Assembly: GCF_048593235.1 (NCBI RefSeq)
Contig: NC_133620.1
Location: 291,725,765 to 291,789,764, forward strand
Source: Sminthopsis crassicaudata
Lineage: Eukaryota
Direction: 5' to 3'
Length of the DNA stretch: 64,000 nucleotides
Shown here in pieces: positions 33,899 to 46,692 of the stretch; positions within the stretch are counted from its first letter, which is position 1, and each line of letters starts with the position of its first letter. The position numbers and the translations under genes are program-made. The notes below the pieces were generated by a model. It was given only the letters and a program-made list of their open reading frames with translations. It ran no database searches and had not been told where the DNA came from.

Positions 33899-34269
33899 TG
33901 TTTAAGTATCTCTAAGTTTCAGACTTTCTGTCTCTAGCTGACAGCTCTTTACTCCCAATTTATCAGAATTTATGGTCTTCACCCCCCAACCTATCAGAAC
34001 TGAGTTAATGGGACCTGCTTGGAAATTCCCGAATTTAGCAATGTTTGGACTCCACCCTTTGCCTTTGTCTCCCTGGATCATTTGGAGCCGTATATAACTC
34101 ACTGGAATCTCACATTTGCTGCTGGATTCTTTGAGACAAAAATCCAATTCAGCCCTGGAGGCAGAATGGATTCTGCTCTGCCTCCAGACTATCTCTCCCT
34201 CTCAGAAACCCAAATAAAATATTAAAAACTCTCTAATCTCTATCTTGCCTCAATTTCTTTGACATTACA
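33899..34269 (+). mobile_element. Probable solo LTR
   Basis: TG...CATTACA ends, AATAAA at ~34213; boundaries approximate. Confidence 0.5.
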
Positions 34270-34304
34270 CTTTGATGTCTGTCTCTTCCTTTCTATATCT
34301 CTCT

Positions 34305-34473
34305 CCCACCTGTATGGAATTAACTGAGTGAAGACACTCTCATGGGAATATAGCCTTAAACTATAATGTGACTTGAGACTATAATAACAAGTAAAGCTAT
34401 AGCTAAAAAAATTTCAGGTGTTCATCCCCTCCTTTCTACCACCTCTCAATTAGCATTTAAGTACCTCTTCTAA
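34305..34473 (+). pseudogene. LY6G6C: Probable LY6G6C exon 3 remnant
   Basis: Reads PTCME...NIALNYNVT*DYNNK*SYS...LLSTTSQLAFKYLF*, resembling PCQE...KLGL(T/N)YNTTCCNKDNCNS...FLTSLAGLGLWLLH*; the Ly6 CC...CN cysteines are destroyed. Degenerate, by-eye alignment. Confidence 0.4.
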
Positions 34474-35070
34474 AGACAATTTATTTTTTCATTTCTGGCA
34501 TAGATTTCCTTGATTAGAATGTAAGCCAGGATTCCCTCAACATTGGGAGAAAAGACCAGGGGTGTTTGTGGAAGAGGTAGGGGGTGGGGCTTCTGTATTC
34601 AGACTATTTAATCTTGTCTTTTGCAATTTTTACTTTGCACTCCTTTGACTGACAAACATCTTGTCAGATGGGAGATGCCCTTTCTCTTGAGATCGTTATT
34701 ATGATTTATTAACCCCTTCTTGCTTTTTCTTACTCTGAGAGTCTCTGATTATTTTTGTGGTCACTTTTGTGCCCCTCACAGCCCCATCCCCTCTGACTGT
34801 CCTGTGTTGTCTGAGACCTGCTCTACTAACTGGACTTTCTACCCCACCTGCTTAATGGTTCCACCATTACACTTGAACCTTTGCTCAGGTTTTGCTGTAG
34901 AAGTCCTTTGAATTTAAACTATCCCCTGAGTTTCCCTCTGTCCTCAACTCACCCCCTTCTCTTAGTCTCTTCTAGTTTTGACTCATATTCCTTTCTGTTT
35001 TCAGAGATAAAGATGTTGGGCTACTTTCCCCAGCTACAAACTATTTATTGGGAGGGGAGTTTCTATAACT

Positions 35071-35730
35071 TGTGGCCCTAGGGCTAACTGCACAGTTGAT
35101 ACTATTAAGAGATCAGAGTGGAGCCAAGCTGAGCTATAACCTCCTTGGTTTGAGTTTCACTTACCCTATCCCAGTAGACAGTAGCACTCCTCAATATAAT
35201 CTTGTAGATCCCCATCCTAATGTTCAGGTTACCTCAAAAGTTTGGGGTCACAGACCAGTGTTTTGGGGTGTCTCAAAAGAATTTGCAGTCTTGAACCCAT
35301 TTCCTAGTCAAGGGGCAAAGTTTATTGTAATTGTAACTCCATTAAAAGTGAGCTGAGTTCCAAAAGAAATCAGCAGCATGCTAAGAGAGAGGAGACCCCC
35401 TTATCCAGCATTCTATCATTGACATGCTAGTTCTGTGGCCCAGAGGAGTGGTCTCCCGAATTTGGTTATCACTGACCAACAGGTTGTCTATCTGACAGTT
35501 AGCAATGAACTGGGAGTGGTCTATTCACTATTGTCTCAGGAGTTTGATCTATGGAGTTTCCTGAGGCCAGAAGCTATCTGACCGAGGTGTGATCTACTCA
35601 GAATCAGACAGATTGTGTGTGGGAGTTTTCTGAGAGAGACTCAAAGCCAGAAGATTAGGACTACTGACAATATTGTTAAAACAGAAGCCCCCCTAAAATC
35701 ACGGGCCCTCAAAATCATTGTTATTTCAAT
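35071..35730. mobile_element. Old LTR-like repeat, with a second copy at ~58360-59470
   Basis: Colinear similarity 35235-35500 versus 58380-58635 (AGTCAAGGGGCAA...) and 35620-35725 versus 59370-59465. Confidence 0.5.
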
Positions 35731-35794
35731 CTCCCCTTCTTGCATTTATTATGTGCAGTGTATTCCTGTTTCTGCTTGTTTCACTCAGTCAGTA

Positions 35795-38690
35795 TGAATG
35801 CCCACTCTGCATTCACTACTGCCAGTCTCTCCTGGGCCCAAAGAGAAGTCTCCAGCCACTGTCTTTTGTAGTGTTTAAACCAATTTTACCAAGCTTATCT
35901 CATTTGGGGGTCTTCAGAGATCTCTGGCCACCATTTCATAAAAACTATGGTTTAGATACATGACAGAGCACTCAAGAGCAGTTGCATGCAAGCTCAGGAT
36001 CTTTATTCACATGTCCATATGCTACCCTCTGACCTCCTCACACTATTAGTTCCTACTCCCCAGCAGAGCTCCTGGTGAAAAAGGGCAAATTTCCTTGTAC
36101 TCACAGCTTAAATAGGGTCTATGAGGTCACACACAGCCAATCAGAGAAGGAGAAGCCTCCTGGTGATGTGGATCTCAATGTGACCAGAGTGCCCGTCCAC
36201 AAGGTGGTCCCTACAACTATACAGCAAACCCACTTCCAGGGATCTCAGGCAAAGCCTGTTTACTTCCTGTTGCACTGTATGTGACTCCTCCTCCGACCCT
36301 TATAATTCCCTTCTCTTGTATATTGGGGACCACTCATCACATCAAGCTAACTTTAACATCAACAATAGCTCGCTTAATGAATGAGATTACAGAGTGTCTA
36401 TAACAGAACAAAGGCAAACAAAAGTAAAACAGCAAGAACTAGGCCCAACAGGGGCCATAACCAAGCATGGGTAACAGTATTTAATCCACTCAATACATTC
36501 ATACTCCAGGAGGTAGGATGTCACAAGTCTGTAATCACAATTGTATGCACCTTTTGGTAAAGAAAGACACAGAGGAGGGTGTACACAAGAAAAGTCATGT
36601 CCTGTATCTCTGCCCCACTAACTTTGGCAGGTGGGCGTGTTGGTTCTTCACCCACTGATTTAGAGGCTTTGTCTATAAATGGAAAGCAGGGCGAAGCCTC
36701 TCCCCAGGTCACCATATGAGTCAGGTAGCCATGGAAAAAGCGCACAAGCCCATTGTCCATTTATCAATCTGTAGGTATTGCACGTACCAGCTACACTGGA
36801 GCTGTGTCTGCTGTCTCTGATGTCACGGTCAGGAGGGACATGGCTGCCATCAGTGACTGGAAAGCTGTTGACATCTGGCTGGTCTTTCTGGGTTGTCATC
36901 ATTAGCAACTGGTCCTCACCATCTGGTCCTTTTCTTCTTGGTTCCCCAGGTCATGGATGTTCCTGGTTAGGATCTTCTTTTCTGCTGTTGGGTCTGCATC
37001 TGGAACAACAAGAGCACACCCAGGTCCCCAAACCCTCACCCAACCAGGGCCCTTCCAGATGCCATCTAAGCCTTTCGTCATCACTGTGGAGAGAGGGCTC
37101 TTGTCCTTGTTGGCCAGTCTGTTAGTTTGAAATTAGGCAGTTAGTTAGTTAGGCAGAAGCTTGTTCCAGAAGCGCGTTGCAGGGGTAAGATCCAGGAAGT
37201 GAGAAAATTGTAAGTAATTATATATATATATATATACCACTTCTAAGCAGACCTGTGTGAGTCAGGTGGAGGGTCTTGTAAACCCCAATACCCCCATTTT
37301 TTTGCTTAGACAGGAGCATTGAGGGTACAATTAGCCCGTTCAACAATGGCTTGTCCCATAGTGTTACAGGGGATGCCAGTGGAATGGGCAATGCCAGATT
37401 CAGTGCAAAAGGACCTAAAGGCAGAAGATGTATAAGGTGGTCCATTATCTGTCTTAAGTGCACGTGGAACTCCTGCAATGGAGAAGCAATGATAAAGATG
37501 GCGGATCACATGTCTAACTGCTTCTCCTGATTGGGGTGAAGCCATGAGGAATTGAGAGTGTGTATGCACGGTTGCATGGATGCACTGCCTTTTAATATGA
37601 GTAACGTCCATTTGCCATAGGACATTGGGTGACTTACCACGAGGATTCGTGGCAGTATTGTGAAGAGCAGGACGAAAAGGAGCACCAGTAGTACAGCGGA
37701 GAACAATAGCTGCAGCTTCTGCTTTAGAGATGCCATACAGCCTCCGCCATGAGCGGGCAGATAAGTGAAACGAAGCATGTGCCTCATGGGCAGGGGAATC
37801 ACAGCACAGGCCACACAAAGGGTAAAGAAGGGCATTCTATCTTATCACACTCAACTATGGGACCAGTGCCTGACATGCAGAATAAAAAGGAGTGCGGCTC
37901 TGCTGTTCAATGCATCCTGAGCCTGATGGAGATCCGTGATGGTGGATGTATGTGGTAGCTGCTGGATGGCTTGGCAGGCATAAAGACTGTCTGTGATAAT
38001 ATTAATTAATAGCCTCTTTATACCATTGCATGGCATTATGAGACTTATAACTCACTTTTCTGTGTCGAATTATAGGGGGTGTCTTGAGTTTCCTCTCTGT
38101 ATATTGCGGCCCTGTGATTTTGGTAGCATCAGTATAAACACTGGGGCCTTGTACTGGCTCTGAGGAAAGAGATCCAGCGGTGATACTTACCTTTAATCTC
38201 TTGTATAACTGTTTAAATGGGGGAGAAGTATGCAAAGGTGCTAAGGGACAAAGCTGTAACAGGACAGCCTGCATTAAATCATCCTGGGCAATAGCAAGCA
38301 CCTGCTGTGCTGGTATACCAAGAGACAATTGAGGGGGTGGCCCCAAGATAAGTACGGCCTGTTGGCAACATCGCCACAAGAAGGAACCAAGTCCCTCAAT
38401 CTTATCAGTCAGAATGTGTGAAGGTCTAGTAGGGTACAGCCACTCTATGGGGTGCTCACCTCAGTGCAGTGCAGCGAAAAAGGGCTCATCATCAAATGCC
38501 GACAGCATCCGGGCTGTGAAGGATCAATGCTAGAGGTAGGACAAGGGCAAAGGAATAGCATTGCAGTGCTGCACGGGCCTCTGCAGATCACGATGATGGT
38601 GATGTCAGAGCAGAAGGGCCTTTCAGAATGTCAGAAAAGGGGTGCACAACAGAAGGGGGGTTCGGATGAGTGCATTTCAGCCATTGTAAA
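35795..38690 (-). mobile_element. Decayed class II ERV 3' half: RT thumb/RNase H/integrase, env TM remnant, PPT, 3' LTR (35795-36304)
   Basis: IN motifs LWQMDVTH, LKTDNGPPYTS, GQAIVERAN; C-terminal WKGPGWVRVWGPG; RNase H VYTDAT; hydrophobic WLWPLLGLVLAVLLLF at ~36410-36470; PPT AAGAGAAGGGAAT. Multiple stops and frameshifts; 5' part replaced by L1. Confidence 0.9.
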
Positions 38691-38694
38691 GTTC

Positions 38695-39090
38695 CCACCA
38701 ACTGATGAAAGTCAGGAAGTCAGCTCAGCATCAGTTCATGTAAATCTTTCCAGGCCTCTCTATAATCATCTTGTTCATCATTTTTATAGAACAATAATAT
38801 TCCATTACCTTCATGTACCACAGCTTGTTCAGTGATTCCCCAATTGATGGGCATGCACTCCTTTTCCAATTCTTTGCTACCACAAACAGAGCGCTACAAA
38901 CATTTTGCACATGTGGGTCCTATTCTGTCCTTTATGAGTTCCTTGGGATACAGATCTAGTAGGGGCACCTCTCCAAAATCAGGGGATTTCAAATGCTATA
39001 TTACATCACTAATGCACTGTCTGAGACCCTGGATATCCACACATATGCACATATGCCACCTCAGAAATCTAGAAATAACTATACCCTTCT
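38695..39090 (-). mobile_element. L1 3' region fragment
   Basis: Similar to L1 sequence at 40060-40320. Confidence 0.6.
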
Positions 39091-39100
39091 CATTTTTATA

Positions 39101-39252
39101 GATTTTTTTTGAGGGGGAGGAGGCAATTCAGGTTAAGTGACTTGCTCAGGGTCACACAGATAGGGAGTGTTTAGTGTCTGAGACCAGATTTGAACTCAGG
39201 TCCTCCTGACTCCAGAGCTGATGCTCTATCCACTTTGCCACCTAGCTGCCCC
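39101..39252 (-). mobile_element. SINE inserted into the TSD of the adjacent L1
   Basis: SINE body; TSD TATAGAT. Confidence 0.8.
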
Positions 39253-39263
39253 TATAGATAGTC

Positions 39264-41619
39264 TTTTTTTTTTTTTTTTAATTTTTAATAATATGTATTT
39301 TATTAATTAAAAAAGCATCTACATGTATTTGGAAAAAAAACTTTTAACATGTATATATGTCATTGTTTCTTTAATCTATTTAAGGTATCATCTTGTATCT
39401 CACATTGAATATTTTGTTTTGAGTTAGAGATCAGATTTACAGAATTTCATCATCTGTAAAATTATTATCTCTGGACTCCCTTCTAGCTCTAAATCCTAGA
39501 ATCCTATAAGTTTGGTATGTATATGGATTCATAGATAGTATGCAATAATTCCCTTTCCTAATATAATCTCTTCCTTTTACTTTTTTAAAAAAATATTATC
39601 CTTATTTTATTTTATTTTTATTTTTTATTAATTTTATAATTATAAAGTTTTTTGACAGTATATATGCATGAGTAATTTTTTTAATAACATTATCCCTTGT
39701 ATTCATTTTTTCCAAATTTTCCCCTCCCTCCCTCTACTCCCTCCCCTAGACGACAGGCAATCCCATACATTTTACATGTGTTACAGCATAACCTAGATAC
39801 AATATATGTGTGTAAATCCAATTTTCTTCTTGCACGTTAAATATCGGATTCCGAAGGTATAAGTAACCTGGGTAGATAGACCAGTAGTGTTAACAATTTA
39901 CATTCACTTCTCAGTGTTCCTTCTCTGGGTGTAGTTGTTTCTATCCAACATTGATCAACTGGAAGTGAGTTGGATCTTCTTTATGTTGAAGATATCCACT
40001 TCCATCAGAATACATCCTCATACAATATCATTGTTGAAGTGTATAATGATCTCCTATTTCTGCTCATTTCACTCAGCATCAATTGATATAAGTCTCTCCA
40101 AGCCTCTCTAGATTCATCCTGTTGGTCATTTCTTACAGAGCAATAATATTACCATAATTTACCCAACCATTCTCCAATTGATGGACATCCATTCATCTTC
40201 CAGTTTCTAGCCACTACGAAAAGGGCTGCCAAAAACATTTTGGCCATACAGATCCCTTTCCCCTTTTTAGTATTTCTTTGGGATATAAGCCCAATAGCAG
40301 CAATGCTGGGTCAAAGGGTATGCACAGTTTGATAACTTTTTGGACATAGTTCCAAATTGCTCTCCAGAAAGGCCGGATTCTTTCACAACTCCACCAACAA
40401 TGCATCAGTGTCCCAGTTTTCCCACATCCCCTCCAACATTCATCATTATTTGTTCCTGTCATCTTGGCCAATCTGACAGGTGTGTAGTGGTATCTCAGAG
40501 TTGTCTTAATTTGCATTTCTCTGATCAATAGTGATTTGGAACACTCTTTCATATGAGTGGAAATAGTTTCAATTTCATCATTTGAAAATTGTCTGTTCAT
40601 ATCCTTTGACCATTTATCAATCGGAGAATGGTTTGATTTCTTATAAATTAGAGTCAGTTCTCTATATATTTTGGAAATGAGGCCTTTATCAGAACCTTTA
40701 ACTGGAAAAAATGTTTTCCCAGTTTGTTACTTCCCTTCTAATCTTGTTTGCATTAGTTTTGTTTGTACAAAATATTTTTAATTTGATGTAATCAAAATCT
40801 TCAATTTTGTGATCAATAATGATCTCTAGTTCTCCTCTGGTCATAAATTCCTTCCTCCTCCACAGGTCTGAGAGGTAGACTATTCTCTATTCCTCTAATC
40901 TATTTATGATCTCATTCTTTATGCCTAAATCATGGACCCATTTTGATCTTATCTTGGTATATGGTGTTAAGTGTGGATCCATATCTAGTTTCTGTCATAC
41001 TAATTTCCAATTTTCCCAGCAGTTTTTTTCAAATAATGAATTTTTATCCCAAATGTTGGTATCTTTGGATTTGTCAAACACTAGATTGCTATAGATGTAC
41101 CCTTTTTTGTCCTTTGTACCTAATCTGTTCCCCTGATCAACTGGTCTATTTCTTAGCCAATACCAAATGGTTTTGGTAACTGCTGCTATATAATATAGCT
41201 TTAGATCAGGTACAGCTAGACCACCTTCATGTGACTTTTTTTTCATTAATTCCCTTGAAATTCTCGACCTTTTATTCTTCCATATGAATTTTGTTGTTAT
41301 TTTTTCTAGGTCATTAAAATAGTTTCTTGGGAGTCTGATTGGTATAGCACTAAATAAATAGATTAGTTTGGGGAGTATTGTCATCTTTATTATATTCGCT
41401 CGGCCTATCCACGAGCACTGAATGTCTTTCCAATTATTTAAATCTGACTTTATTTTTGTGGCAAATGTTTTGTAATTTTGCTCATATAATTCCTGACTTT
41501 TCTTTGGTAGATGGATTCCCAAATATTTTATACTCTAAACATTTGTTTGGAATGGAATTTCTCTTGTTGTTGCATTTTGTTGGTGATGTATAAAAATGCT
41601 GAGGATTTATGTGGATCCC
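39264..41619 (-). mobile_element. 5'-truncated L1 (~2 kb, ORF2 C-terminal region) with probable 3' transduction
   Basis: ORF2 fragments (KTIWYWLRNR, MQIKTTLRYHYTPVR, GTLMHCWW); L1 tail ~39600-39645; second poly(A) 39264-39279; TSD TATAGATA(G/T)TCTT at 39253-39265 and 41620-41632. Confidence 0.9.
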
Positions 41620-42125
41620 TATAGATATTCTTAAAGATATTTTAATCACCTCCTTAATCAATTAGGTTAATGGATTTAGGTAGAGGCTGGGAACGAGGGG
41701 TGGGGGTTGTGGTGGGAGGATTTGAGCTATAGAAAAAAGGGGGAAGGAGTACAGGCTTGAAAACAGCTCGTAAAACCCTTAGGAAGCTTGCAGAACCGCA
41801 AATGATTTCTGGATCTGGAGCAACTGGCAGAATTCTCAGAAGTGGGAAACACATTTCTCCAAGGAATAAGGAATGAGATTTATAATATATTGAGGAAAGG
41901 AAGATAACACAATCCAATTCCTTTATCTTCTCCAACCCCAAAGATTACATTCTCCTAGTAATATCCTCTGGGATCAGGTAACTAGAGAATGGGGTAACTG
42001 GGATGGAAGCAGGGTGATGAATAGAGACTCTAAAACTGTGATTCCCAACCTGAAGTATGCATACCCCCAGAGAGGTGGGAGAGGCTTGTTAAAGAATAGG
42101 GGGAATATCAATAGGTAACTATCAT

Positions 42126-42946
42126 TTTTTAAAATAGCTTTTTATTGACAGAACATATGCCTGGGTAATTTTTGCAACATTATCCCTTGCACTCACTTCT
42201 GTTCCAACTTTTCCCCTCCCTCCCCCCCACCCCTTCCCCTATATGGTAGGCAGTCTTATACATGTTAAAGTATATCTTAGATACAATATATGTGTGCAGA
42301 ACTGAACAATTCTCTTGTTGCACAAGAAAAATCAGGTTCAGAAGGTAAAAATAACCTGGGAAGAAAAACAAAAATGCAAATAGTCCACATTCATTCCCCA
42401 GTGTTCTTTCTCTGGGTGTAGCTGATTCTGTCCATCATTGATCAATTGGAACTGAATTGGATCTTCTCTTTGTCAAAGATATCCACTTCCATCAGAATAC
42501 ATCCTCATACAGTATTGTTGTTGAACTGTATAATGATCCCCTAGTTCTGCTCATTTCACTCAGCATCAGTTGATGTAAGTCTCTCCAAGCCTCTCTGTAT
42601 TCTTCCTGCTGGTCATTTCTTACAGAGCAATAATATTCCATAACATTCATATACCACAATTTACCCAACCATTCTCCAGTTGATGGATTAATTTTCCAGT
42701 TTCTAGCCACTATGAAAAGAGCTGCCACAAACATTTTGGCACATACAGGTCCCTTTCCCTTCTTTAAAATCTCTTTAGGATATAAGCCCAGTAATAACAC
42801 TGCTGGATCAAAGGATATGCACAGTTTGATAACTTTTTGGGCATAGTTCCAGATTGTTTTTCAGAATGGTTAGATTCATTCACAACTCCACCAGCAATGC
42901 CCAGTTTTCCTGCATCCCCTCCAACATTCGTCACTATCTTTTCCTG
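42126..42946 (-). mobile_element. 5'-truncated L1 3' end
   Basis: ORF2 end (LLGLYPKEI...WYMNVMEYY) plus 3' UTR; approximate TSD GTAACTAT(AT)CAT. Confidence 0.85.
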
Positions 42947-44459
42947 TCGTAACTATATCATATAATTGAAGTTATTCTGCTTTGTTTCTCCTGTATACAT
43001 GCATGGTAAACTCCATAATTTATTTTATTTATTTACAGTTTTCCATTGAATAAGTATATGGAGTTTTACTGAAAGCCAAGGTGTATAAGAACCCCCCAAA
43101 ACTTGAGAACGCCTACTCTGAACTGTAGATTCAACAGGTGAAACCAAGATTCAATCACTATCTTCCTCTCCTCTTCTCAGTAAGTAAGTCAGAGCAACAA
43201 CTAAACTTTTCCAAGGAGCAAGAACAGGAGAGAGGTAAAGTTTTACTTTTTTGTATGTTTCTTCTTTTCTAGAAGTCTTCAGGAGATAAAGAAAGTTGAT
43301 GTTACATTTTTCTTATCCTACCACAAACCCCCAGTTTGTTTCTCTGTTGCAGAAAAAAAAAAAAAGGGGGAAAGAGATATGAGAGAGTTGACTGGAAAGT
43401 GAGGCAGCAGGGTGGATATTATGGCTTACGAGACTGGGTTTAACTGGGTTTAACACTGGAAAGTAGCCAACTGTTAATCAACCTTTAAAGTCCTAGGAGG
43501 AAAGGGATAAAATGTTCCCTTTAGTCTAAATGTTTAAGAAAATGACCATAACATCTAATCCTTGGACCCACAATTACTCTAGGATGGTCACTGTCAGGAG
43601 ATATGGAGACAAATAGAGTGACTCACACAAAGAATACTCATGGGAAATGGAGAGTTGTGTAGCTAATACCCTTTCTGGAAATTGTGGTTTGGACATTTCT
43701 TTCTAGGAAAATAAAGTGAAGAGTGTGTGTGTGTGTCTCGGGTGAATTTATGAATAAGACTGCTGAATTTTTGCTCCCTGAAGCAAATTCTCTTTGTGGC
43801 CTGAATTCATTCATCCAAAAGGAAAATGACAATTCTCTCTAGCTATGTAATGCCATATTGCCAGATCCTTTTGATTTCTTTCATGACTCATTTTTAAGAA
43901 GATAAGGCAATGGGGGATGTGTCCATATTTAGGTTTTCATTTTTTAATATTTTTATTAGTTTCTATTTCTCACTGACCTTCATTCCTTTTCTTAGTCCTC
44001 TTACTCTTCTGTGGGTCCCCCTCCTTTCCTTGGTCCTATTTTTCTTTTTGTTTATTAGTCTCTTTTTTCTCTGTCTTTAATTATTACCTCATTCCTTCAG
44101 CAGTTTGCTCCATACCAAAGAATTGAAAGTCAGAGAACAACTTTATCTAGTCTTCTATAGCTTAAGACTAAATCTACAGATGAATTAAGGGAGTTTTCTG
44201 AAGCTAGAAGGTATCTTGGCTAAGGAATGGTCAGAATCAGGAGTTTCCTAAGACAGACTTCAAGCCAGAAGATTTAGCATTTCCTGACTCAGGCCCCTAA
44301 AAAACAGGGAGCAAAGAATCCTATTACATCAGATCCATTACCATGCAATAGAATTTCAGGAATGTATTCTCCCCATCCAAATTCTCACCCAAGGTGGGCT
44401 TTGTATAATTCTCCAGAAGGTTTTGGTTTTTCCTTCTCCCAATTTAAATTGTACTAGCA

Positions 44460-46256
44460 CTAGGGCCGTTTGCAGGAGCCATGTTGCTCGATTCCCCCGT
44501 TTCTTTTATCTTCATGCTCTGGATGAATTTGGATAGGGCAACTACATCTTCCTGGGATCCATGAGTCTCCTTCTGTGGAAATACAAAGAAAACCTCGACC
44601 CCGAGTTATTACCTTAACAGGGCCCCTCCACTTCCCATTAACATCCTTCCACATCACATATTGTGGGACGGGCCAGGCTACAGAGCTGGCCCCTTAACCT
44701 TTTGTGTTCCTCTTTGTTTGAGGAGGAATGATGTAGTGAAGAAAAAATTAAGTCAGCTGGGGTATGGGATATGTTATTCAATGTGAAGTAATTAATGGTT
44801 TATAGTGATTGAGTAAGTCTGTCCTTGGGGGATTTCTCCTCCCCCCCCCTTTTGTTTTTCATTGACTTTCAAAGTTTTATTCTTACCTTCTACTTCTGAT
44901 TTTGATAAGCAAATTTTTATAATATTATACAAAGAGAGGGTGATGTAAACTGTGTCCCCTTTAATCTTTGGGGGAAGGGTGGTCCTGAGTCTCAAATCCT
45001 CCAGGTCTCTGGGAAGGACTCCACCCTTTTTGTTTTTAGGGAAACTCCCAGATGGTAATCTCTTTTTCAATTGGTCAACTTGGCCAGAGGCATGATCACT
45101 AACCTCAATTGAAAGGTCCCCCAGCTCCAGGCCAAAACAACCCCCATTTAAAGGAAGGCCTGTCAATCCACCTCTGCTAATTCCTAATTAGGAATGCCCA
45201 CTGAGTTGCTTCTCAATGTAAACCCATCTTTGCAAAAATCCTAAACGGAATTTGCCCGCTAAAAAAGCTATTTTCTTAGTGTAATTGGGGTTTGCGAATT
45301 TCTTCGTAAAGCCTGTGCAATCAGCCAGGGAATGCCATTGCTTGTCAGGAGATTTCTCAACCCTCATTTCACACACCTCAACAAGGGTATCAGCAGAGAC
45401 TGCCTGAGGACCTTTTTCTTCACATGCTTTGTATAAAATTTCTTTGGAGACTTCCCATTCACTGATAGTGATTTTGGGGCCACAGGGGCACCAGGAGCAT
45501 TGTTGTAAACATCCTGTAGAAATGCTCTTATTTTTCTTAATCCTTACTGGCTATTTTAACATGATTAACTGTAAAAATTTAAGATCTTTCCCTTCATCTT
45601 TCAATCCTTTAACTATTTGCTCTCCCATTGTTATACATCTTCTTTTGCCCTGAAAAATGAAAGTAAAAGTGAGCAGGGCTGATGAGCAGCCCTACTGGAG
45701 CTTTCCCCTTACTTTTACTGAGGCCTTTTGTCCTCCAGCTACCCAGGGGGTACCAATCACTATAATACCATCTTCAGTATCATTCTCCTTCAGGTCTCTG
45801 CTTCCCTTGTGGGCTGCTTGACACTATCAATCTCTGTTATGACAGGACCAGGGCCCCATATTGGGAGCCATTTGTTGTGAGCAGCACAACATAAGTCATT
45901 TATGTTATTTAGTGGCAGTTGAAAATAAGGAAACAGAGTTGTTGATGATTCAACAGAGACTTTTAGTAAGAGAAATCATGCTGGATATATATTTTAAAAC
46001 CATAGGTTATGATGAAAAGAATTGCTCTGTAACCAATCCTGATTTCTGTTTTCTATGATCGAATTCTCTGAAGCATGTTGTTATTTTCTAGAGACTCAAT
46101 CTTGTGTAAGGTTCACAATGCCCTAGTAAATGTGCCAAGACTTTATGTTTTCTTATGATTTCAAGATTAAATGCACCCTTGATTAATCTTAGGAGGGGAA
46201 CATTCCAGTTACTGAATCTCTAGCTTCCTGGTAGTTCTCTAGTATCAGTGCACACA
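44460..46256 (-). mobile_element. Collapsed class II ERV: 5' LTR (~45873-46256), PBS-Lys1,2, gag matrix, foreign LTR, integrase C-terminus
   Basis: PBS TGGCTCCCAATATGGGGC (45853-45870) after ...CAACA AA; MA-like MGEQIVKG...QCSWCP...EWEVSKEILYKA; IN tail MWKDVNGKWRGPVKVITRGRGFLCIS. Confidence 0.8.
44661..45373 (+). mobile_element. LTR lying between the gag MA and IN remnants
   Basis: TG start at 44661; right terminus matches the 30253 LTR in opposite orientation. Confidence 0.65.
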
Positions 46257-46275
46257 AGTCCTTTCTTCTAATCTT

Positions 46276-46317
<42 letters not shown>

Positions 46318-46692
46318 AATTCATTTGGGGTTATGACTCACCTAGAGTCACACACCTAGGAAATGATAAGTGCTGGATTTGAAATGAAGTCCTCCTGTTT
46401 CCAGGGTTAGTGCACCATCTAGCTGCCCCCACACATTATCCTTTCTTTAATAGCAATTCTATCAGAAATTTCTTTTGCATGTGTTATTTTCTCCCCTTTC
46501 CATTCCTCTATCAAAAAGCATTGCCTTTGATCATTTTAGATTAGTAATAATTCCATCAAAGTACTTGAGTTTCATTGTCCTCCCTCCTCTATGAGTTATT
46601 CTTACAATTCAAATTTATATAGTGCTTTAAAGTTCTCAATGTGTTTGACTTACACTGACCTTGAAAGATAAGAACTACAGGTATTACTATCC

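Noticed and set aside
35045-35050. Minus-strand AATAAA as a remnant LY6G6D poly(A) site
   Set aside because: The position is plausible but no LY6G6D coding sequence was found; a hexamer alone is insufficient.
37130-37330. PPT plus mini-LTR inserted inside integrase (AAAAAATGGGGG, (TA)n)
   Set aside because: It translates as the normal IN segment (SKQK.GG...YNYL...TPATRFW) with a small TA expansion.
45678-45720. Hammerhead ribozyme (CTGATGAG core)
   Set aside because: No downstream stem II plus GAAA; the CTGATGAG is just the loop region of a hairpin.
45781-45900. Possible LY6G6E exon on + (acceptor then LCFPCG..., and CCEQ in another frame)
   Set aside because: The minus strand shows an LTR end, a Lys1,2 PBS (45853-45870) and an ERV leader here; the Ly6 cysteine spacing does not fit.
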